Assembly: GCA_050613775.1 (NCBI GenBank)
Contig: JBODTK010000001.1
Span: 1-64,000 of the forward strand
DNA: 64,000 bases
Source of the DNA: Neocallimastix sp. 'constans'
Taxonomy: Eukaryota
Direction of reading: 5' to 3'
Position 1 is the first letter of the stretch. Each line of letters begins with the position of its first letter. Below the pieces are notes generated by a model that ran no database searches, was not told where the DNA came from, and saw only the letters and a list, made by a program, of their open reading frames with translations. Position numbers and translations under genes: made by a program. Shown one piece after another: positions 13,320-26,665 of this stretch.

Positions 13320-14960
13320 TAGAGTAATGGAACACTGTAGAAAGTGAACCTGATGTGTTATATTGTTTTAAACTGGATATGTAGTAATATTGGAGTTGTA
13401 TAATTAATAATATATACATATTGTTTAATATTTTATCTTTTACTTTAGCATTATTTTTTGAATATATATATATTTTCTATAGTATTATTTAAACTTTCAT
13501 GTAGCAATTGTAAAATGAAAATATAGGAGATTGATTCACTCCAAAGTATTGTGCTTAAGGCTTTATTTAACGGATAGGAATCTTTTTTTTTTATAGTTTT
13601 TCACCACTAACATTTTATTTACCTCTACATTTTAGTTTATATATGATTATTTTACAGAAAATTATTACATTACACCGTGCTTTTATAATCGATTAGAAAA
13701 ACCAAAAAATTTAAAGATAAAAAAAAAAAAAAAAAAAAAAGAGAGCGATTATTCATTTTAACAAAATATAAATTTATTATTTTACTTAAATAATTATCAA
13801 CTACTGAAAAAAGAAAAAACTTCACTTTACTTTTTTTTTAAATTTTCTATAACTATATTTTTATATATTTTTATAAATTTTTTTATTTTATATTTATATT
13901 TCTTAGCTTTTAGTATTTTAGCTTATATTAATTTCATTTAATTTCATTTTTTTTTTTTCAATTTATAATCTGATTCATTATGGAAAAGATATTTCACAGA
14001 GACTCTCAACTGTTATGAAACATCTATTAACAATACAAGGTTGATTTTTATCCGTAGTATACACTCATGAACCAATGCTGAAATGAAGAAATTTACTCAT
14101 TCAAGATGCAAAAAATATTTTAAAGATAATATTTTGTTTGTGAAAAGAATTACTAAATTTAATGATAGTTACTTCAAGATAAAAGTATACACACCAAATT
14201 TCAACCATAAAAATGTTTGAAAAAAAGTATTTAAAAAAAAAAAAAAAAAAAATATCAGGAGTTAAAATTTCATATGGGAGATGTTCCAAATGTTATTATA
14301 AGGTTTCTTTTCAACAATTTAAAAACAAAATTTTAATATCTAATAGCATATTCAATAATACAAACTCAGTAAATCTCAGTTCAACTAATTTAGTAAATAT
14401 TATAAATACCAATCATGAACTTAATGAACTCAATATAACATTAATTTCATCTCTCTCAAAAATCCAATTTCACATTCTAATACAGAAAAGTTTTCTTTTT
14501 TTTTTTTTTTGTCTTAGTGGGAATACCAATGAATGGAATTTTGTGAAAAGAGATAGTATTGGAGTACTTCAATACTATTTTTTAAAAACCATTATTCCAA
14601 TGTTTTCAGATAGACAGGAAATGGTACCAATGATGCTAGAAATCCATGTAAAGTTTAATATTTCCTATTCCAAACTACAAATATTTCCAGAAAAAGAATG
14701 GATCTAAATACGCCAAGGCTGTAGAGGGCAGAGATTTATATCTTAGGTATCATGTCTCAAGTCAAGTAGTCCTTTGAAGATAATTCCTGTACTCATCTTG
14801 TTTCTTTAACAATCATATAGTCTATGGAATCACTCTAAGTTTTCTGTTGGTAATGTCAATATTTTCCACCAAGAAACACTCATTACAAGTCTGATACGCA
14901 TTGATATATACATTCTCTGAAGTTTTCACATGGCTTCAGAATCATACTAATCATCCATTT
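13320..14960 (-). mobile_element. Highly decayed retroelement-like (possibly Ty3/gypsy gag-protease) remnant
   Basis: Less AT-rich, coding-like composition. Minus-strand fragments such as KINLVLLIDVS*Q resemble a retro-protease LIDSGSQ motif, with many stops and frameshifts. Confidence 0.3.
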
Positions 14961-15889
14961 CAATAATTTTAATAATATCAAGATAATTATATTATTAAAT
15001 ATACATCTTTAGTTATTAATCATTATTTTATTATTACATTTCATTTCAATTATTATTATTATTATTATTTATTTTATTATTCTATTTAATTATTATTGAA
15101 TTCTAATATTAATAATAACTTATTCTAATTATAACCTTTTATTTATTCATTTATTATCTTAATATAGTTATTTTTATTATCAACAATTATATTATTGTTT
15201 GTTTTAACTATTCTATTATTTTAAATTAAAAATAAAATATTTATAATTGTACACAGAAACTTTTATTAATATATATTTTATTTTTGCATTCAATTATTAT
15301 ATTATTTCATTTCTTATTTATTAATCTTTATTATAATAAACTATTTATTTGAATTAGACAGAAAAAAAAAATATTTCTTTATTATCCAGGATTTTATTTT
15401 AGAAGGGGAAAGTCCAATGTAGAATAAAAAAAAAAAAAAAAAAAAAAAGGAAAAATATGTTTAAGGCAATTGGAATATTATAAAAATAATTATTATTATT
15501 ATTATTATTGGACTTTATATAGTATTTAAAAAGGTATATTTTGGAAGTCAATAAAAATATTAATAAAAATATTAATGAAAAATTTATTACAAAAATATTA
15601 CTAAATATTAATTATTTTATAATTAATAAGTTAATAAGGTATTTGTATATAGAATATAATAAAAAATATTAAGATAAATTATTATAAAGATTAAATATTC
15701 ATTATGAATATTTATTAATAAAAGATTTATTATAAAAATATTAAATTTATTAATAAAAATATTTGTTATAGGAATATTTATTATAAATTATATTAATAAA
15801 AAGAATTATTATATAAAATATTAATTATGATAAAATATAGTAAATAAAATTATATACAATATGCTTTATTATTATAAAATAAAACTAAA

Positions 15890-18800
15890 CACATATAATA
15901 ATTATTATTTAGGAAATGATTCTATCTTTATTAAATAAAATATTATTAAATAAATAAAATATATAATATTAAATAATTAATCTGAGCTTCACTCACTGAG
16001 AGATTAAGAGTATCATGATCATGAAAGAGACCATAAATAAATTTAAATAATATTATATAATTATATTCAAATTTAAATTTTTTTTTTTTTTATAAAAAAT
16101 AAATAAATGTATAATTAATTTATTAAATAATTAAATATAAAATAAATAAATAAAATTGTATTAAAATTTTTGATGTTTAAAATCTTGGGAAATAAAAGAA
16201 CTCAAGAAACAGAAATCTCTGAAGTTAGTTCCGCTTCTTCTTCATCAATCCTATTATGAATAAAAATGAAGACATTAATAAGAATGAGGATAATATTCCT
16301 CAAAATGAGAATTTATTTCAAAATTATGTCTATAAAGATTTACTAATTAAATCCCTATTTAATTACAAAGATTTTAAATTATATACCTTAAAATTTGAAG
16401 ATTGGTTTATTGAATTAAAACGTCATCTAATTGTACAAGATTATGACGAATATATTGAAAAATAAAAAAAATTTGTGTATGATAACATGACTAGAAGGCA
16501 AATAAAATATGATAACGCAGTTCAATCAATAATATCAGGTAGCTTAGACTTAGAAAGTAAGGCTAATCTAAAAGGTTGTGGGACTGCATACCAAAAGATT
16601 GATAGACTTTAAAAAGCAATTCTACAAATCAGGAGAATCTTTATTAAATTTATTAATGCAAAAAAAAAAAAAAAAAAAAAATTTAGAAATTAATAATAGC
16701 AATTATATTCTATATCTCAATGAACTCAAAAATCTATATGAACAATATGATATAGAAATGTGACAAATTAAATAAAAACAAACGAACTGAAGAAAGTAAA
16801 ATCATCTACGCCTATGCTAAATTAAAAAATATTGAATTTAATTTTACGATAACTTACAAATATAAAAAAATTCATTGAACTTCATGATGATTTGCAAAAA
16901 AAATGAGAAATCATGAAGAAAGAATCAACAATTATCTAAACACTCAAATTAATAATAATTTATCAAATAATAATGAAAATAATAAAATTAATTATATTTA
17001 AAATAATAGCAAACAAACGGAATACAGAAATAATAACATTCAAAATAAACCTAATAATTCGAGAAATAGAAATAATAAAAATATAAAAATCATACACTGT
17101 CTCCTATGTAAAAAAAAAAAAAGATGGACATAGTATTGAAGAATGTTACTATAATCCATTCAATAAAAATAATAAAAATAAAAATACAACAAATATATAT
17201 AATAATAATAAAAATAATATTAACAACCAAATTAAGTTCCACTCTTCTAAGATAAATGAATATAATTCAGAGTACTCATCAAACACAAATTATGATTACA
17301 TTAGCTTTACTAGAAATATATCTTTATTACAAAACAATATTAATTGTAACTTATTTAAAAACAGATAATAAATATACAACAAGGATTATAGATCATGGTA
17401 CAGGATTAAATTTAACCAACAACATAAACCAACTAAATAATATTCAAAATTCTAATGATAAAAACAATAACCTATCCAAATAGTACCACTGATAAAATCA
17501 ATTGCTCTGGTACATATTATGGAAATTTCAAAAATAATAAAATTCAAATTATCAAATGTACATTATGCATCAAACATTAAAAACAATCTAATCTTAACAC
17601 ATCACATCTTAAGTCTTGGTAATAAAACAAATATGGAAAATATCAATAAAAAAGATAGATTACAAATAATTAATAAAGATAATAATATTATCATCAATAT
17701 TTACCCAAATGATGAAAATTTATTTACATTTGATATTACTTCAAATATCAATAATATTAATGTGGATATTCAAAATAATAATTATGACAATTATTCAAAA
17801 TTCAATATTCACGATGTAGATTATTCACTTTGGCATTCAAGATGATGAAGGCTCAGACGATGAATCAGATAACCAAACATTAAATATAAGAAAAGAAATA
17901 TTATCCAAAAATAAAAATATTGATGAAAAAGATGAAATTTTCAATATGATGACAACACAATGTCTAAGTACATATAAAGAAGCTATGATTTCAAAAGATT
18001 CAAAAGAATGGAACATAGCTATAAAGAAATGAAATTAAAAATATGTCCCATAAAAATGTAATGATGGTAGTCAATTTTGATGATATACCAAAAAAAAATG
18101 CGAATATTATAGATACAAGGTGGGTTTTAGCAATAAAAAAAGATGATACTAAAAAAAAAAAAAAAGCTAGATTAGTAGCAAAAGTGAAGTTTTTATTTCA
18201 ATATATTCACCTACAGCACAATCTGATAGTTTAAAAATTACCATCGCAATAGCTTCAATAAATAAATGGAATTTAAAACAATTAGATATAAAAGCAGCAT
18301 ATTTAAATGTTGAGCTTAATAATGAAACAATATATGTGTTAATATTCCAAAAAGGAGATAAAAATTATAACAAAAATAAAGTATGGTTATTGAAAAGAGC
18401 ACTATATGGTTTAAAAACAAGCTGGACGTATGTGGAAAGAAGAAATCACTAATTATTTTAAGTTAATCCGTTTTTAAACAATATAAATCAGACAAATGCT
18501 TATTTGGAAAATATAATAAAGAAAATAAATTAATAGGATTATTAACATTATATGTTAATGACATTTTAATAATTGGTGAAGATTAAAGATTATGAAATCA
18601 AAAAAAAAAAAAAAAAAATAATTAAGAAATTAAAAAGTAAATATACAATTTCAAAAGAATCCTGATATCAGAAAAATTATTGGAATAAATATTTATAAAA
18701 CTAAAGATGGTTATAAAATAAATCAAGAAGATTATATAAATAAAATTATTAATATTTATAGTATGAATAAAATTAAAATGATAAAATATTCATATAGAAA

Positions 18801-19231
18801 AATTTCAAATGAAGAAAGAAAAAATGCATAACCTGTAGATGTTGGAAAATACAAATCACTTTTAGGTTCACTATTATATATTGTAATAAAATCTAGACCA
18901 GATATTACATAGGCAGTCCACCAAGCTTCAAGAAATTGTGAACACCCAACAACTATAGACTATAAAGCATTACTACTAATATTTCAATATTTTAAATCTA
19001 CAATAAATAAATTAATTTACCATAATGGAAAAAAAGTAGACTCGTTGGATTTTCAGATGCTGATTATGCTATAAGCTAATGATGAAGCCACTAGAAGATC
19101 TGTTAGTGGATATATATTCTTACTTGGAAATAGTCCAATATCCTGGAAATCACAAATTCAAAAAAATGTTACTTTATCCACAGCAGAAGCTAAAATTGTT
19201 AGTCTTACTGAATGTATAAAAACATGGAATA

Positions 19232-19289
<58 letters not shown>

Positions 19290-19815
19290 ATTCAAAGAAA
19301 TAACTAATAAAAATGTTTTAATAACAATAAAAAGTAGATAATAAAGCCTGCAAAGCAATAGCTGAAGATAAATATGCAAAAAGGAAGAAGTAAACTTATC
19401 GATACAAGATGCAAACATATTCAAGAAAAAAATAAAAGAAAAGAGTATAAGATTAGAGTATGAGAGAACAAACAACTGGTATGCTTGCAGATCCTTTTAA
19501 CAAAACCAGTATCCGGTAATAACATTAAAAAAATTTAATGACATAATTTTTCAATGATCAAAATAGACTAAAATAAAATCAATAAATCATAAAATGTATA
19601 TATAAATATAAATAATAAAATTTAATAAAGACATCATGTATAGAGGATTGTAAAAAATAGTAAATAAGATTAAGTTCATTATGCTTTGTAATAAATGAAA
19701 TTAATATAATATATATAATAATTATTATTTAGAAAAAAGATGATTCTTCTCTCTTAAATAAAATATTATTATTACATAAAATATATATTATAAAATATTA
19801 AATCTGAGCTTCGTA
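15890..19815 (+). mobile_element. Degenerate Ty1/copia LTR retrotransposon lacking integrase
   Basis: Diverged direct repeats 15893-15990 and 19711-19812, both ending AATCTGAGCTTC. Gag with Zn knuckle CLLC..GHSIEEC (about 17097-17150), protease-like IIDHGTG, LWHSR, RT pieces (DTRWV, KARLVA, QLDIKAAYLN, LYGLK, SRPDI) and RNase H (GFSDADYA, RRSVSGY, ISWKS, LSTAEA). Purine tract then TGT at about 19641-19651. Many frameshifts. Confidence 0.88.
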
Positions 19816-20246
19816 TTTCATCATCATTCTCATTCTCATCCTCATCATGATATATAATAATAAATAAAATAAATAATAATAAATAATAATAAATAGTAAT
19901 AATTTTTATTCTATGGCATTGATGAATGAAAAGTGTTAAAGACCATTTCGTCCTAAAAACTCATAAAGTTTTTTTTTTAATATTAATGTTAAAAAAAATT
20001 CATTTATTTTTATTTTCATAAATATTATTAAAGTCTATTCCTATTCTATATATATAAATATATATTTTATACAATTAATAATAATAATAATTTCATTATT
20101 ATCATTATCATTTTCATTTTATTATATTTTGTTTTATTTTATTTTATATATTATTATTATTATTTTTTTTTTTTTTTTTTTTTAAATTTTTAAATTTCAG
20201 TAAAGTATTTTAATAAAATGGATAAATTTAGATTAATATGAAAAGG

Positions 20247-20277
<31 letters not shown>

Positions 20278-21589
20278 TTATTATTTTTTTTTTTTTTTTT
20301 TCAATATTTCTATATTCTATTTATCCCATTTCAGTAATACAAACTATGGAAAAAAATATATATATATATATAATTGAATTTAATAATGGAATAATTAAAT
20401 ATTAAATTATTTATATATTTATTTATATATTTATTTATTTTTTGGTAAATATATATAATTTATATTTTTATATATATTTTATTTTATACATTTATATTTA
20501 TATATATATTTTATTTTATATAATATATATATATTTATATTGTATATATATATTTTTTATTTTATATATTTTTTTTATATATATTATATATATATTATAT
20601 TTTTTATATTTATATATTTTTTATATTTATATTATATTTTTTATATTTATATTTTTTATATTTATAGTTTATTAATTTTAAATTGTTTGAATATTATGAT
20701 TATTAAATATATATATAATATATAATATATAATGTTTACTGATGATTCAGTAACCATATAAAATGATTTTTAAGTCCTTTCTTCCTTTTAACAAATAATA
20801 AATAACATAAAAAATCCCTTAATTATTTATGTTTAATATTTCATTTTTACAACATATATTACATTCTTATTTATTGTCCTAAAACATGAATCTATTTTAT
20901 ACTTTTATTTATATTTTTAATTTTTCTATTTTCTAATAATATGACTATAAAAGAAATTACATTTATGGTCAGCAGTAAATAAATGAATAAATATATACAT
21001 ATATAACTAAATAAATAACTAAATAACTAAATAAATATAACAAAATAAATAAATAGGAGATCTATTATATAATATTTATTGAGAGGAGTTAACCATTTTT
21101 TTTTTCTATCATATATCGTTATATCGAGTTAAATTTTTTAAAAAAAAAAAAAAAAATTATATCGTAATATAATAATAGCTTAATATTTATAGTTTGTTAA
21201 ATGTATATATATATATATATATATTTTATATATATAAATATATTCCTTTATAATTAAATATATAGTTACACTTTGTTTTCTATTATAATAAATAACAAAA
21301 TTTCTTTTATATATTTCTTTATTAATAATAGTATAATTATTTAATAGTTGAAATAATTTAGAATAGTTTTTGGTTAGTATTAATTGTATCAATATATTAT
21401 TTATTATTTATTACTTATTATCTATTATCTATTATCTATTATCTATTATTTATTATTTATTATCTATTATTTATTATCTATTATTTATTATTTATTATTT
21501 ATTATTCAATTATTTATTATTTATTATTTATTATTATTTATTACAATATGTTTCAATACATTTGAAGTTTATTTTTCATACATTTCGCC

Positions 21590-23200
21590 TATTCTAACAT
21601 TCCCCCTTAAATCTAGTTATTCTATAATGAATAAATAGGTTTAATGGTGAATATGTGTATATAAAATTATCCTATTTTTACAACATTAACTTGATATTAT
21701 TAAACTATTATTTATTTATATTCTAAATTAACCTTTAATTTTCCATGAATCTAGTAATTTTACAGTAATATTAATTTTTTAATTTAATTTAAATATTGTT
21801 ATAATAATTTCTTAAATATATTTATAATCTAATAATTTCCTCCTAAAACTAAGTATTTAATACTATTACATCATTACTTTTAGACGTATCTAAGACATCT
21901 CTTATTATATATGGTTTATATATTACCATTTGTATGATGGAAACCTTTCTCCTCTTGAAGAGGTGATATCAGTTTGTGTGAATACCTCTTGTATATTTAG
22001 TTTTACATCACTTTCAATTATAATCCGTTTTGAAGATAAGCGCTAACTCTTATATATTTTCGCTTGTAGTTTTTAGCAATAACTATTAAAGTAAATTGTT
22101 AAATATATATTGGTATACCTGATGAAAATCTTGGGGTATCTAAATTTATTGCGTTTATAATTAATTATATTATTCTAGACATATAAACTTATTAGCAAAT
22201 AATATAAATGGTTTCGTAATTGATTAAAATTCAATATTTCAGTTAATTTTTTTTTATTTCTTGTAGGTTAATTTTTGTTCATTTTCTCTATCAGGCTATT
22301 TTATTCATTTCCAAGAAAAATATTATTTTAAAAATAATCAAGCAATCAGTTAATCAACTTTCCTTTAATATTTAAGTTCTTTATTTTATTTTACCTGCTT
22401 CCTCCTAAAATTCAAATTCTTAAAAGGTTTTTTTATATATGAATTTTCTCATCATTAAAATATTTAATGATTATAACTTTAAAATACTTTTCAATCAATA
22501 AGTAGAGTTTATAAATGGATAAGCATTATCCATTTGTATATAACTCATGCATTTATTTATTATTATATTATATCTTTCATCACAGGTTTGCATTATGATT
22601 ATGTTGAATTAGTTATCATCTAAACCCATTTCATGCTAGGTTTAATAATATCATTATTGTTAGAATGTACTAATTTCAAGATAGGAGTTACCATTCTATT
22701 ATATTTCCCTTGAATATTTGGAATATTATATTTCTAATTATTTTTGTATGAGATCTTTGACATATGGTCTCCTCCATTATTATAGTATATATTTATATAT
22801 ACTCATTTGATATGTATAAATACTTATAAATAATTTTCTTTTATATATGTTTAAGAGCGTTTTTCTTTAACTTGTAATAACTTCCTTTTATCAACTGTTT
22901 TATATTTTATACGTTTTGTAAATTTTGCAGTCATGTTTATTTTGATCAGTTTTATTTTTTCTTTAAATTGACATAATGAGCAACCTTTATCATATTTTAA
23001 AATTTAGTTTAATTTATTTATTTTATTTTTTTTTTTTTGACATAATATTGTTTCCTATCAACGATTATTTTACTAAAATTCTTTTTTAAAGTCAGATGAG
23101 ACTCTTAATTTGTAAAGAGTCAGGATATAATTATGTCAATTTTATTATTATAATTTATGATAAATTTAAAGTTTTTTTTTCATAAATTTCATATATTCTA
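21590..23200 (-). mobile_element. Very decayed LTR retrotransposon 3' portion (PPT plus LTR start)
   Basis: The minus strand reads AAGGGGGAA-TGTTAGAA at about 21608-21592, a classic polypurine tract followed by TG. The upstream sequence has coding-like composition with faint copia RT/RNase H traces. Confidence 0.5.
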
Positions 23201-23579
23201 ATAATTTATTAATATAAATAGTCTTACTAATAATTAATATTTATTATTTACTCATATATTTATATATTTATTTAATTTGAATAATAAATGAAATTTAATT
23301 AAATTTTTTTTTTTTATTTATCAATATTTATTAAAATAAATTAAATTTAAAATGTAGTGGCTGTAGGAGAATTTAAATATTTTTTATTTTCTATTTATTA
23401 ATTAATTTAAAATTTAAATTTTGTTCATGTGGTTAAATTAAAACCAAAAAAAAAAAAAAAAAAATTAAAAAATACTTAAAAATAATGAATATTCTTTTTA
23501 TTTTTATCCTCTGATACGAATAATTTATCCTATTCACTTTTCATAGGTTTTTTTTTTTTTTTTTTTATTTTATTTTATA

Positions 23580-24193
23580 CATATATTTTTTATATTTTTA
23601 TATTTTTATATTTTTATGTTTTTATATTTTTATATTTTTATATTTTTTATATTTTTTATATTTTTATATTTTTTATATTTTTATATTTTTATATTTTTAT
23701 ATTTTTATATTTTTATATTTTTATATTTTTATATTTTTATATTTTTATATTTTTATATTTTTATATTTTTATATTTTTATATTTTTATATTTTTATATTT
23801 TTTATATTTTTATATTTTTATATAATTCTTTTCCATCATTATATATTAAATTTTACTATTTATTCTATATTTATTAGTATTTCATTCTTCCTTAATAAAA
23901 AAAAAAAAAACATTTAAATTTTACATCTTCATTAAGTTTTATTTTTATATTATAATAATTTTTTTTTTTCAAATAAACCAAGGTTTTATTTTTATATTTT
24001 TATATTTTTTATATTTTTATATTTTTATATAATTCTTTTCCATCATTATATATTAAATTTTACTATTTATTCTATATTTATTAGTATTTCATTCTTCCTT
24101 AATAAAAAAAAAAAAAACATTTAAATTTTACATCTTCATTAAGTTTTATTTTTATATTATAATAATTTTTTTTTTTCAAATAAACCAAGGTTT
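23580..24193. repeat. (ATATTTTT)n microsatellite followed by a near-perfect tandem duplication of about 207 bp
   Basis: 8-mer array about 23580-23820; TATAATTCTTTTCCATCATT...AAACCAAGGTTT at 23821 and again at 24028. Confidence 0.85.
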
Positions 24194-26309
24194 AGTATTA
24201 GATTAAATGGTCACATACTATGATTCATGAACTGTATATATAATTTTCACCTTATAATATGCATACACAGAACATATAAAAATATATTTTACTCCTTTAT
24301 ATAAAAGCACCACTTTTCAGTAGTACTCATTCAGTACTACTCATTCAGTACTACTCGTTCAAGTATATTATTTTAGAGAAATAAAAAATAATTAAATGAA
24401 TAATTTGTATACTATTTATTTATACAATAGAATAATATATAATAATATATAATAATATATAATAATATATAATAATATATAATAATATATATATAATTTT
24501 TTATTTTAATTTTATATATTTTTTTATATTTATATATATATTTTATATATACATATACATATATATATGTATTTTTTAATTTAAATTAAAATATCTATAG
24601 ATAGATTATTTTTTTTTAAATTTATTATATGATATCATCATATCATCATAGCCAAAAAACGGTTGATCATTTTATAAATTTAATTCTATACACCGTTATG
24701 AATTCTGTACATACGTACATGAAAAAATTTTTATTGTTTTTGACATTCCTTTTAAATTAAAAACAAAACATTTGGTTACATTTTAAATTTTGAACCCAAA
24801 CGTTACTATTTTAAATTATTAATATTCAAGCCACACACACATATATACATTAAATACATTAATGTATTTAAGTATAAAAACTTAATGTGGAAAATATCAA
24901 AGATAAAGAATATATATTAAAAAAAAAAAAGAAATAAATACAAAGTTTAATATATAATTTATATTAATATCTATTTTATATTAAAATTTTTAATTTTTTT
25001 TAATTTATTTATTTCATATTGTTTATTTATTTAATTTATTTAGTTAATTTAATTAGTTAATATTTATCTATTTAATTAATTATTTATTTCATTTTGTTTA
25101 TCTATTTACTTTATTTAGTTAATTTAATTTAATTAAATAAAGTAAATAATTAATTTCCAAAATTCAAATATATAATAATTAAAGTTAATATGCTAACGAG
25201 TAAATACTTTAAATACTTTTCTACTTATTAAATAATATATACTCTAGGCATATTATAAAAAAGGAATTAATATACAGGATAACATATTAAGTTTATGTAT
25301 AAATTAAGAGTAGAATTTAATATGTGTAAAAGAATTTAAATAGCCAAGTTAAATTAATAGAAATATCAACACATTAAATTAAAAATAAATTAGAAAGAAA
25401 TTTATCTAATGAAAAAGGAAATTTTACAAGTAATAAAAAAAAAAAAAGCATATTAATATAAATTTTTTTTAATATAATTAAGATTTATATCTATTAATAT
25501 TAAAATTAGTAGGATTAATTAATATTATTTATTATTATTTATTATTATTTCGTATTATTATTATTTATTATTATTTTGTATTATTATTATTTATTATTAT
25601 TTCGTATTATTATTTATTATTATTTCGTATTATTATTATTTATTATTTATTATTATTACTATAAATTATTATTATTACTTTTCATTCCTTTGATATTAAC
25701 TTACTATTATGAATAATAAGTAAAAGAGTGCTAATATCAAAATAAAAGTTTTATTTATGAACTAAATAATTGAATAATAAAAAATATGAAATAAATTACT
25801 AACCCATTACTAATATTAAAAAATAAAAAAATAAAAAATAATTTATCATTTTTTGCTTTATTGTAAAAAATAATTTAAAAATTAAAATTTAATTTTTTTT
25901 ATTTATTTTTTTAAATTAAATTCATATATTAATATATATTGTAATATATAAAGCAATTCAATTGTTACTTCAATTGTTCTATTAATCTATTAATGAAAAA
26001 AAAAGAAAACAAATTATTATGACTATTAATTATTATTACTAATATTATGATTATTATTATAACTATTAATTATTATTAATATTAATATTGTTAACTATTA
26101 ATTATTATTATAACTATTAATTATTACAGATATTAATATTGTAGCTATGATTATCATTAATATCATTAATATTATGATTTATGATTTTTATTCATTAATT
26201 ATTATTATCACTATTATTTATTATTTATTTATTTATTTATTTATTTTTTTTTTTCATATATAAAACAAAAAGTTTTACATTTTAAAAAAATTTTTCTCCT
26301 TTTTATAAC

Positions 26310-26341
<32 letters not shown>

Positions 26342-26665
26342 AATCTTATAGTAATTCAATGTTTTTTTTAATTTTTATTTTTTTAAATATTAAATATTAA
26401 TTATTAATTAATATAATTATAAATGAAAAGTTTATTATACTTTTCATAACATATTAATCTAATTGAAAAAAAAAAATTATATATATAAATGAATACTATA
26501 GGAAATTAAATTTTAAAAAACATATATATTTTTTTGTTATAGAAGAAAAATAAAGTAAAAAAAAAATAAAGTAAAAAAAAAGTAAAATAAAATAAAATTA
26601 TTATTTAAGTTAAACCTTATAAAAAAATAAAGAATAATTAATATTTTTATTCAAAATTAAAAAGA

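Noticed and set aside
20442..23825. Short I/Y/F/L-rich ORFs (also at 19236, 33818, 40045, 44125, 49398, 50293, 55278)
   Set aside because: They are translations of AT microsatellites and homopolymers.
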